This document shows positions 1 to 7,543 of a DNA stretch of 64,000 nucleotides, piece after piece (positions within the stretch are counted from its first letter, which is position 1; each line of letters begins with the position of its first letter). The notes beneath the pieces were generated by a model that saw nothing but the letters and a program-made list of their open reading frames with translations, was not told the DNA's origin and searched no databases. Both the position numbers and the translations under genes were made by a program. The stretch lies in contig JAVEPM010000003.1 in assembly GCA_034008115.1 (NCBI GenBank), positions 3,210-67,209 of the forward strand, given 5' to 3'. Source of the stretch: Methanolobus sp. Lineage in GTDB: Archaea; Halobacteriota; Methanosarcinia; Methanosarcinales; Methanosarcinaceae.

Positions 1-143
1 AGGCAGGCCTTACAGGGAGCAATGGTATAATCAATAAGTTTGACAAATTCGTAATCCATGCCTGTTGCTTCAAGTGTTGCCTTAAGTGCACGATCTGCAT
101 TTCCGTCTTTGATCGGGGAACCCGATACTCCTAGAACTTTCAT
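1..143 (-). CDS. Flavodoxin-family / iron-sulfur flavoprotein (Isf-like, NADPH-dependent FMN reductase fold), runs off the window edge
   Basis: Manual translation from ATG at 143: MKVLGVSGSPIKDGNADRALKATLEATGMDYEFVKLIDYTIAPCKACL. The GSP..GN FMN loop and the start of a CxxC Fe-S motif are visible. Not in the ORF track because it is partial. Confidence 0.85.
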   Translation of the reverse strand, partial: MKVLGVSGSPIKDGNADRALKATLEATGMDYEFVKLIDYTIAPCKAC

Positions 144-222
144 AATTAATCACTCCTATAAATTGTCAGCTTGGAAGCACTTTATGTCCTGTGCTTAAAA
201 AATAAGTATGGGCATTGGGTAA

Positions 223-462
223 TTACAACCCTGCCCTTTCAACGATGACGTCAGCGACCTTCTTTGCACTTTCGAATGGGAAATCAGCTTCAGTTAGCAT
301 CGTACCTGCCTCACCTGCAGTAGCCTTGAAGTCCCCTGCCTGGCATGTGGTGTCTGCACCTGCAGGGAATGCTGCAAGCAGATCTTCAGGTGTGTTTATA
401 GGGAATGTTGCATTTGCAAGTGCTCCAACGATCTGGGAATGGATTTCTTCTTTTACGTTCAT
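223..462 (-). CDS. MTH865-family protein
   Basis: 79 aa with two 'FP' motifs ([27 protein letters not shown]...[15 protein letters not shown]), typical of the methanogen MTH865 family. Confidence 0.85.
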   Translation of the reverse strand: MNVKEEIHSQIVGALANATFPINTPEDLLAAFPAGADTTCQAGDFKATAGEAGTMLTEADFPFESAKKVADVIVERAGL

Positions 463-661
463 TTTGTTTTCTCCTTTATAGTATTGTATGTGAGGTATTG
501 TGTGGTTTCATGTTTTGGAGGTAGAACCACAATAGATAATTGCACGGTTATTCATATATACTTAAGCGGCACTGCACTGTACTTACTACACTTGAGTAAC
601 TCTAATGACCCTTTTAGTCTTAGTAGAAACCTTTATAATGCATACACACAACTTCTCTATT

Positions 662-1414
662 ATGAATAAAAAATCTGATTCTGATATCGATGATGTCAAA
701 GTAAAACTAGATGAAATTCACAGGGACATCAGGACATTTATTGAAGATTCCAATAGGCAGCACCTTGAATCTATTCTTGCCTTTGTCAGAAGTGATTATA
801 CAGATGTCATGAAAAAACACTTTATTAGCGATACAGAAATTGGGCTTTCAAAGAACATGGTCAAAAAATGTGACCGTCTTGGACAATGTCGACCAGTTTT
901 CACAGATATACTAAAGAAGAATGCATCACTCATCAAGCAGCCTTCAGTGGATAGTGAACTTATTGATAAGAAACGCATTGAGATCAAAACTTTAAGGGAA
1001 AGCATGCCTTATGATAAATGTGATGTCTGCTTCTCCGAAGTTTCAGACCTTTTCGAAAAACAGGTCAATCTCATGCAATCCTTGAGAATATATGAAACAA
1101 AGAAGGACAGTAAACAGGACATATCCCAGATTCCCTCACAATCTGTGATCCATGATGTGCTTGACCCTCTCTGCCACCCCAAGAGGTTTGAAATATTAAA
1201 AGCAGTCTCTGCTCAGTCAATGAGCTTTTCTTTCCTTTCCAAGCTTACAGGACTTCGTGGAGGAAACCTTTTGTTCCACTTGCAGAAGCTCTCAGATACC
1301 GGAATGATAATCCAGCAACATGAGAGGGGAGATTATATGATAACAAGCAAAGGCTTCAAAGTAATGGAAAGTGTCGGTGAGATGTATTCCGTCCTTGTTC
1401 CTGGTGAGAATTGA
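662..1414 (+). CDS. ArsR-type winged-helix transcriptional regulator with Cys-rich N-terminal domain
   Basis: C-terminal wHTH (LDPLCHPKRFEILKAV...GGNLLFHLQKLSDTGMI...GDYMITSKGF); N-terminal CDRLGQC and CDVC. Start moved from 605 to ATG 662, downstream of the TATA-like ctttataa near 631. Confidence 0.8.
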   Translation: MNKKSDSDIDDVKVKLDEIHRDIRTFIEDSNRQHLESILAFVRSDYTDVMKKHFISDTEIGLSKNMVKKCDRLGQCRPVFTDILKKNASLIKQPSVDSELIDKKRIEIKTLRESMPYDKCDVCFSEVSDLFEKQVNLMQSLRIYETKKDSKQDISQIPSQSVIHDVLDPLCHPKRFEILKAVSAQSMSFSFLSKLTGLRGGNLLFHLQKLSDTGMIIQQHERGDYMITSKGFKVMESVGEMYSVLVPGEN

Positions 1415-1506
1415 GTAAATATGACCCGAAAGTGGATTTTCAGTGTTTTATTACACTCGCTTGCTGATTGAAAATCCAAATTTTTTATCAACGACTTTTT
1501 ACTTGT

Positions 1507-1850
1507 TTATTTTCTACCAGTTCCAACATTCTCTAAGAATGCATCCACTCTGATCGTTAGTTCATAGACAATATTGTCAGATGAATCGGTTTTAGCAATG
1601 TAGAATGAATCTTCCAGCATATCGAGATTAAATCTTGTCTGCATATCATTTAGATCATATGCGTCTTTATTTGGTCAAGACTTTTTGGACCATCCTTCAT
1701 AAACTCGATTATTTTCCTGCGTGTTGGGTTTTGAAGGGTTTTCAAAGCAACTGCATGGTCTTCCGAAAGATTTCGTTTTTTCCCCGCTTCTTTCATCTGT
1801 TTAATGAGTTTCTGTTTTTTAATGGCGTGTTCATCTAAATTTATACTCAT
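1507..1850 (-). pseudogene. Small ArsR-like winged-helix protein, frameshifted
   Basis: ORF 1650-1850 (DHAVALKTLQNPTRRKIIEFM...) stops early. The adjacent frame continues DLNDMQTRFNLDMLEDSFYIAKTDSSDNIVYELTIRVDAFLENVGTGRK* to TAA at 1507. The span is 344 nt, one base short of 115 codons. Confidence 0.75.
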
Positions 1851-2013
1851 AATTTATCGTGATTAATCATATGTTAAACTTTGTTGGTTCATTTACTTTC
1901 TACAATTATAGTCTATTTTTCTGTACTAATTTAATCTTTGTATATTTCGCTGACCCTTACCTATATTAATTAGTACAATCTATATATCAATGTTAAATAT
2001 AAGGTGGGAATTC

Positions 2014-2511
2014 ATGAAAACATTAGTAACATATATGACACAGACAGGAAACACAAAGAAGATCGCAGAAGCTATTTATGAGGAGATTACTGGTGAAAAA
2101 GATATCAAGGATATCAACGACATAAGTAACTTTGAAGGTTATGATCTTGTATTTGTGGGTTTCCCGGTAATGCAGTTCAACATTCCTGAGAATGTTTCAA
2201 ATTTTGTGAAAGAGAATGTAGCTGGTAAGAAAATAGCATTCTTTATGACTCATGCTGTTCCTGAAGGATCAGAACCCATACAGTCATGGACCGGCTCCTG
2301 CAAGGATATCGCAGCCAGTGGGAATTATCTTGGCTCATTTGAATGTCAGGGTGAACTTGCTCAGAAAATGATTGACATGTTGCTGGAATCCGATAATCCG
2401 GAAATGAAAGCTTTTGGTGAGATGGGACCATCAACCAAGGGACAGCCTGATGAAACTCGTGTACAGAAGGCAAAGGAATTCGCAAAAGAAATCCAGGCAA
2501 AAGTTCAGTAA
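2014..2511 (+). CDS. Flavodoxin domain protein
   Basis: MKTLVTYMTQTGNTKKIAEAIY FMN-binding loop, DLVFVGFP, FECQG; start at ATG 2014 after aaggtggg. Confidence 0.9.
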   Translation: MKTLVTYMTQTGNTKKIAEAIYEEITGEKDIKDINDISNFEGYDLVFVGFPVMQFNIPENVSNFVKENVAGKKIAFFMTHAVPEGSEPIQSWTGSCKDIAASGNYLGSFECQGELAQKMIDMLLESDNPEMKAFGEMGPSTKGQPDETRVQKAKEFAKEIQAKVQ

Positions 2512-2690
2512 ACAGTGCTAATGCTTGTATCCTGGTTAAAGCAAGAGCGAAATAAGATACTTGTAGGGCCTATCAGCCAATTTTAAAGTGAATATTCAAA
2601 AAAATAAAAGGCAACAAAAGCCTTTTATACTCTCTTTTTCTAAATTTCATTCATAAGTTTTTTGATTTTCTGTGTTGTTTCCTCACGGCT

Positions 2691-2861
2691 TTAATCAGCA
2701 GAGCACAGTTGCCCACCAAGCTTTTTACCTGCCTGCTCAACTGCAAACATTAGGTTTTCATCTTTTGTAACATCAGGGATCATATCCTCAATGATCGGAC
2801 AATTAAGTTTATTTTGAGCATAGTGTCCACCTACCTTGCAGTCTTCTGCGTATGAACAATA
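2691..2861 (-). pseudogene. Possible gene remnant resembling the C-terminus of an Isf-like flavodoxin-family protein
   Basis: Open frame without a start: CSYAEDCKVGGHYAQNKLNCPIIEDMIPDVTKDENLMFAVEQAGKKLGGQLCSAD*. An in-frame TGA lies immediately upstream. The resemblance is by eye only. Confidence 0.35.
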
Positions 2862-2989
2862 TCATTTTGGACCTTAGAACCATAATATTCATCAGATTCC
2901 TTTATCTGTAAGTCCTTTCATATTTTTCAGTGTTTACTGAACACAAACTTACAATTGTTTCTGTCCAGTTCAATAACGGGAGTGAAAAT

Positions 2990-3214
2990 ATGGATATAAA
3001 AGAACTATTCCTTCAGGAGAACGTGGGAGGCTTCGACCTCATGTTCAGAGCATTTTTTGGATCGATAGCAATAACTGTTCTGGCAATGGACCTTGTAGAT
3101 CCGGGTATCTGGAGCTGGGTGCTTGCTATTATTGCTTTTGCAGGGCTGTATACTTCTATTACGCGTCACTGCACACCATATTATCTCATAGGTTTTAGCA
3201 CTGCGAAGAAATGA
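2990..3214 (+). CDS. YgaP-like DUF2892 small membrane protein
   Basis: ENVGGFDLMFR...two TM helices...HCTPYYLIGFST signature; start at ATG 2990 after gagtga. Confidence 0.85.
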   Translation: MDIKELFLQENVGGFDLMFRAFFGSIAITVLAMDLVDPGIWSWVLAIIAFAGLYTSITRHCTPYYLIGFSTAKK

Positions 3215-3308
3215 GTAGTGTAAAAGCAAAAACGTATATATCGTTTCAGACATTAATGAGCAGTTGCCTTTTATTCAAATCTTGAAAAGGCAAGAGGAGT
3301 TAATCTAA

Positions 3309-4724
3309 ATGTCGGCTGCAATGATCGGAATGAGCTTTCTTGTACTTGGTGTCATCCTGCTTCTTGGAAAATGGATAAGGGTTATGTCACCTCCCATCCA
3401 AAAGCTCTTCATACCCAGTTCTCTTATCGGGGGATTCCTGGCTTTATTTCTTGGGCCTGAGGTCCTGGGTTATTTGATCTCATGGACAGGAAGTAGCAGC
3501 ACCTTCCTATCAGGAGGGATATTTCCAGAAGAGATGCTTGATGCGTGGACCACTCTGCCCGGGATTTTCATAAATATCATATTTGCAACACTTTTTCTTG
3601 GGAAAAAAATACCTGCGATCAAAGACATATGGATTATTGCAGGACCACAAGTTGCCCACGGACAGACCATAGCATGGGGTCAGTATGTGTTCGGCATATT
3701 GGTCACGATGCTGATACTCACTCCTTTTTTTGGAATGGACCCTATGGCAGGTGCCCTTATAGAAATATCATTTGAAGGTGGACATGGCACAGCAGCCGGA
3801 ATGGCCACAACTTTTGAGGAACTTGGATTTTCAGATGGAACAGACTTAGCACTTGGACTTGCAACTATAGGTATTCTCTTTGGCGTCATCCTTGGAATCG
3901 TGCTTTTGAACTATGGTGTAAGGTCAGGAAAAACAAGTGTACTCAAAGACCAATCCAATATATCCCTTAATGAAACCTATCAGAAAGGTATCATTGATTT
4001 TGACTCAAGGGAATCTGCAGGAAAGATAACCACAAGACCCGAATCTATCGAGCCGCTTTCACTTCATTTTGCCTATGTGGGGGTTGCAATTGGGATCGGG
4101 TATTTGATCCTTCAGGCGATGATATGGATAGAGGCCATCACCTGGGGCCAGGCAACGGGAATATATTTGCTTTCCCATGTACCTCTTTTTCCCCTGGCAA
4201 TGATAGGAGGTATCATACTACAGCTGTTCCTTGATAAGTTCGACTCGTACCATACTCTGGACAGAGACCTTATGATGAGGATACAGGGATTATCTCTTGA
4301 CATTCTGATAACCAGTGCAATAGCCACGCTATCACTAACAGTTATTGGAAACAATCTGACACCTTTCCTTATACTTGCCACAGTTGGAATTGTATGGAAT
4401 CTGATAGCCTTCATATACCTGGGACCAAAAATGATGCCTTCATACTGGTTTGAAAAGAGCATAGGTAATTTTGGACAATCCATGGGAATGACGGCAAGTG
4501 GTCTCTTGTTAATGAGGATAGCTGATCCTGCTTCAGAATCTCCTGCCCTTGAGGGATTTGGTTATAAACAACTTTTATTTGAACCGATAGTGGGCGGTGG
4601 TATATTTACAGCTGCCTCTGTACCCCTGATATTCTATTTTGGACCGATGCCGATGCTGATACTCACAGCGTTTGTCATGTTATTTTGGGCAGGAATAGGA
4701 ATATTTTACTTTGGACGAAAATAG
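3309..4724 (+). CDS. Sodium/glutamate symporter (GltS family)
   Basis: 471 aa polytopic protein; FIPSSLIGG, ISFEGGHGTAAG, FGQSMGMTASGLLL motifs. Confidence 0.88.
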   Translation: MSAAMIGMSFLVLGVILLLGKWIRVMSPPIQKLFIPSSLIGGFLALFLGPEVLGYLISWTGSSSTFLSGGIFPEEMLDAWTTLPGIFINIIFATLFLGKKIPAIKDIWIIAGPQVAHGQTIAWGQYVFGILVTMLILTPFFGMDPMAGALIEISFEGGHGTAAGMATTFEELGFSDGTDLALGLATIGILFGVILGIVLLNYGVRSGKTSVLKDQSNISLNETYQKGIIDFDSRESAGKITTRPESIEPLSLHFAYVGVAIGIGYLILQAMIWIEAITWGQATGIYLLSHVPLFPLAMIGGIILQLFLDKFDSYHTLDRDLMMRIQGLSLDILITSAIATLSLTVIGNNLTPFLILATVGIVWNLIAFIYLGPKMMPSYWFEKSIGNFGQSMGMTASGLLLMRIADPASESPALEGFGYKQLLFEPIVGGGIFTAASVPLIFYFGPMPMLILTAFVMLFWAGIGIFYFGRK

Positions 4725-4799
4725 AATAGAGAAATAGTTAAGTATTCACAACCCAAATTAAAAGATAAATTAATCATCTAGATCTGTGGGGGGATTGAA

Positions 4800-6101
4800 A
4801 TGAGTGAATACAAAGCAAACAGTCTGACACTTGCCGGTGCTGTATCATTAGGTACGGGAGTCATGATAGGCGCGGGTATATTTGCACTTTTAGGACAGGT
4901 AGCAGAGCTGGCTGGCAACCTGTTTCCCATTGCATTCATTTTGGGCGGGGTTGTAAGCGCCTTCAGTGCTTATTCTTATATAAAAATGTCCAACAAGTAC
5001 CCTTCGGCAGGAGGGATAGCCATGTATCTGGAAAAAGCATATGGAAAAGGACTGGTGACTGGTTTCAGTGCATTGTTGATGGCTTTTTCCATGGTCATCA
5101 ACGAAAGCCTTGTTGCCCGTACATTTGGAACATATACACTACAGCTGTTCAATATCGATCAGGGGAGCTTTCTTGTTCCTCTTTTAGGAGTATTGTTATT
5201 GATCTTCGCTTTTGCCATCAATATTTCCGGAAATCGTGTGATCGAGAGATTTTCATTTGTACTGGCTTTGGTCAAGATAGGTGGCATCGCCATACTCGGA
5301 ATAGTTGGACTGTGGATTGCGGATATCTCTTTTACAAGTACCTCTGCCTCTACATTGAACAACTCCCTTGGTGGATATTTAGCAGCTATTGCGCTGGCTG
5401 TACTTGCCTACAAAGGATTTACAACAATCACTAACAGCGGCTCTGAGATCGTAGATCCCCATCGTAATGTCGGCAGAGCAATAATCATTTCCATCGCGAT
5501 ATGTGCCCTCGTTTATCTTTTGGTAGCCTTTGCAGTAGCAGGCAATCTTACACTCTCTGAAATAATCAAAGCAAAAGATTTTGCATTGGCAGAAGCAGCA
5601 AGGCCGTTTTTTGGCAGTTTTGGACTGTGGTTTACCGTCTCACTGGCTATCATTGCAACCGTTTCCGGAGTAATCGCAAGTACCTTTGCAGTATCTCGCA
5701 TGCTTGCCATGTTAACAGACATGGACCTGATCCCACACAGTCATTTTGGAATGCCGGGGAACATCCAGCAACATACTCTTGTTTATACTATCGTGGTGGC
5801 TATGTTATTGACGATATTTTTAGACCTGAGCAGAATAGCATCCCTTGGAGCCATCTTTTATCTGGTGATGGATATTATATTGCAATGGGGAATTTTACGT
5901 AATCTGCACAAAAAGATAAAGGTAAGATCATCTATTGTAATTACCGCAATAATTCTTGATGCGGCAGTCCTGAGCGGATTGGTGCTGATGAAAGCATCAA
6001 GTGATATACTATTGATCATGGTGGCAGTTGTTATTATAATACTGATCTTTGCCGGTGAAAGATGGTTCCTGCATTCAGAGAGTGTTCAAAAGAAAACATA
6101 A
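4800..6101 (+). CDS. APC-family amino acid permease
   Basis: GVMIGAGIFALLG, YPSAGG, AYKGFTTITNSGSEI, SRML; about 12 TM segments. Confidence 0.9.
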   Translation: MSEYKANSLTLAGAVSLGTGVMIGAGIFALLGQVAELAGNLFPIAFILGGVVSAFSAYSYIKMSNKYPSAGGIAMYLEKAYGKGLVTGFSALLMAFSMVINESLVARTFGTYTLQLFNIDQGSFLVPLLGVLLLIFAFAINISGNRVIERFSFVLALVKIGGIAILGIVGLWIADISFTSTSASTLNNSLGGYLAAIALAVLAYKGFTTITNSGSEIVDPHRNVGRAIIISIAICALVYLLVAFAVAGNLTLSEIIKAKDFALAEAARPFFGSFGLWFTVSLAIIATVSGVIASTFAVSRMLAMLTDMDLIPHSHFGMPGNIQQHTLVYTIVVAMLLTIFLDLSRIASLGAIFYLVMDIILQWGILRNLHKKIKVRSSIVITAIILDAAVLSGLVLMKASSDILLIMVAVVIIILIFAGERWFLHSESVQKKT

Positions 6102-6171
6102 TTTCCATGTAAAACGCAAAAAGCATTTCCGGTATCGTTTCAGATCCGTTCATTGTGTTCATTCAGAAAAA

Positions 6172-6212
6172 TCACCAGGTTATAATGTTCTTCATTTTTC
6201 AACCCCTGGTGA
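6172..6212. terminator. Inverted repeat between convergent genes, possible terminator
   Basis: tcaccagg (6172-6179) and cctggtga (6205-6212) lie between the APC permease and DUF2149 stop codons. Confidence 0.3.
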
Positions 6213-6265
6213 AAAATCTTCGTATTGTTCAGGAACGAATGGTATCCTGGGGTTTTACTTTGTTT

Positions 6266-6628
6266 TTATGTATCTGTTGAATTTCCATCACTTGGCACAT
6301 ACACTATCCTGCCATCCGCCAGTCTGTAAGCTGTGCCCAGCGCCTCTCCGGTTCCGCCACTAATATCATCTGTCATGTCAAGGACTTCAATAGGCTTACC
6401 CTCTTCCTTGATGATTATCTTCATGTCTTTCTCTCCGGGATTTTTCACAATGGTGATATCATCTGTGGGGCTGAGAAGTTCAGGAAGCTGGTAGGACATT
6501 ACAAGAGCTACCAGCAGTGCTACAGAGAATACCATGGCAATGTCAAATAGGTTGGCAACTCCTGTAAGAGGGTTTTGTTCCTCTTCATTATTCAGAATCC
6601 CTCTTCGATTGCTCCTTCTTCTCCTCAT
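6266..6628 (-). CDS. DUF2149 domain protein
   Basis: NPLTGVANLFDIAMVFSVALLVAL and GTAYRLADGRIVYVP signatures; overlaps the ExbB/TolQ stop. Confidence 0.88.
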   Translation of the reverse strand: MRRRRSNRRGILNNEEEQNPLTGVANLFDIAMVFSVALLVALVMSYQLPELLSPTDDITIVKNPGEKDMKIIIKEEGKPIEVLDMTDDISGGTGEALGTAYRLADGRIVYVPSDGNSTDT

Positions 6629-7248
6629 TCTCCAATCTCCAGTGTGTCGAGAATGTAATCTATGTCAGTCATATCCTGCCAATACCATCTTTTTCTAACC
6701 TGTGTGAGTACGTAACTGATGCTACCAGCGAACAGCCCTATGACAGTTGTGGCAAAGGCTATCATCAGGTTATTTGCAAGCTGTTCTATATCTCCCTGCG
6801 ACAAACCAATAAGAGCGGGTCCAAGAGGAATAAGGGTTCCCATAAGACCTACCATAGGGGAAATTGTGGCTACTATCCTTGTTTGCTCAAGTCTTTTAGC
6901 CATTTTTATTTCATAATCCTGTGCAAGCCTTTCTAACGAAGAAAGATTGTTTTTTTCAACATGCTTCGCAGAGTCAATGGCAAAACCCTTCACAAGAAAA
7001 GTTTGTTTGACAAGACGTAGTGAGCTGGCGGCCTTTTCCATATCTTTATTTTTAAGATGTTCACGGGCACTGTTACAACAAAGTTCAAGATTTTCGATAT
7101 CGCGATGTCTCCTTGCAAATTCAGAGACAAACTCTCCAATAAGCATCAGGGAGTAAACTGCCAGAAGTATCAATGTGATAACTACAGGGTACAATAGTGA
7201 CGCTGAGAATGTGTAGAGTACATCAAACATGTAAGAACTTGCTTCCAT
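6625..7248 (-). CDS. MotA/TolQ/ExbB proton-channel family protein
   Basis: ISPMVGLMGTLIPLGPAL...LMIAFATTVIGL channel motif. Confidence 0.9.
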   Translation of the reverse strand: MEASSYMFDVLYTFSASLLYPVVITLILLAVYSLMLIGEFVSEFARRHRDIENLELCCNSAREHLKNKDMEKAASSLRLVKQTFLVKGFAIDSAKHVEKNNLSSLERLAQDYEIKMAKRLEQTRIVATISPMVGLMGTLIPLGPALIGLSQGDIEQLANNLMIAFATTVIGLFAGSISYVLTQVRKRWYWQDMTDIDYILDTLEIGE

Positions 7249-7345
7249 TTTTATATCCTCTTGTGTGCCATTTACTCCAAAATATTAGGATGAGTAGTAT
7301 ATTAATAATCCATTACTTAAATTTCTCTATATCAAATTCAAAATT

Positions 7346-7371
7346 GATGAGAGTTACAGATGAGAGTTACA
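7346..7371. repeat. Perfect 13-bp tandem duplication
   Basis: gatgagagttaca x2, about 100 bp upstream of the exbB-like start. Confidence 0.85.
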
Positions 7372-7498
7372 TGGACTTTACATAATATATTTTGTCCTAA
7401 GATACTTTATTACGCCATAGTACGACGTGTTCTGACAACTGTATAATAGCCCATATTAGAAAAATAAATGAAATCAATAATTGATTAAAAAAAGAATT

Positions 7499-7522
7499 TG
7501 TACCTGCAAAAAAGCAGGTACA
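7499..7522 (-). terminator. Hairpin downstream of the S-layer gene, likely terminator
   Basis: tgtacctgc-aaaaaa-gcaggtaca perfect 9-bp stem, about 20 bp after the S-layer stop, flanked by A/T runs. Confidence 0.55.
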
Positions 7523-7543
7523 TTAAAAGTCAATTGCTTATTT

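Noticed and set aside
7313-7324. Partial match (ttacttaa.ttt) to the putative reRNA guide
   Set aside because: Short, AT-rich and mismatched; expected by chance.
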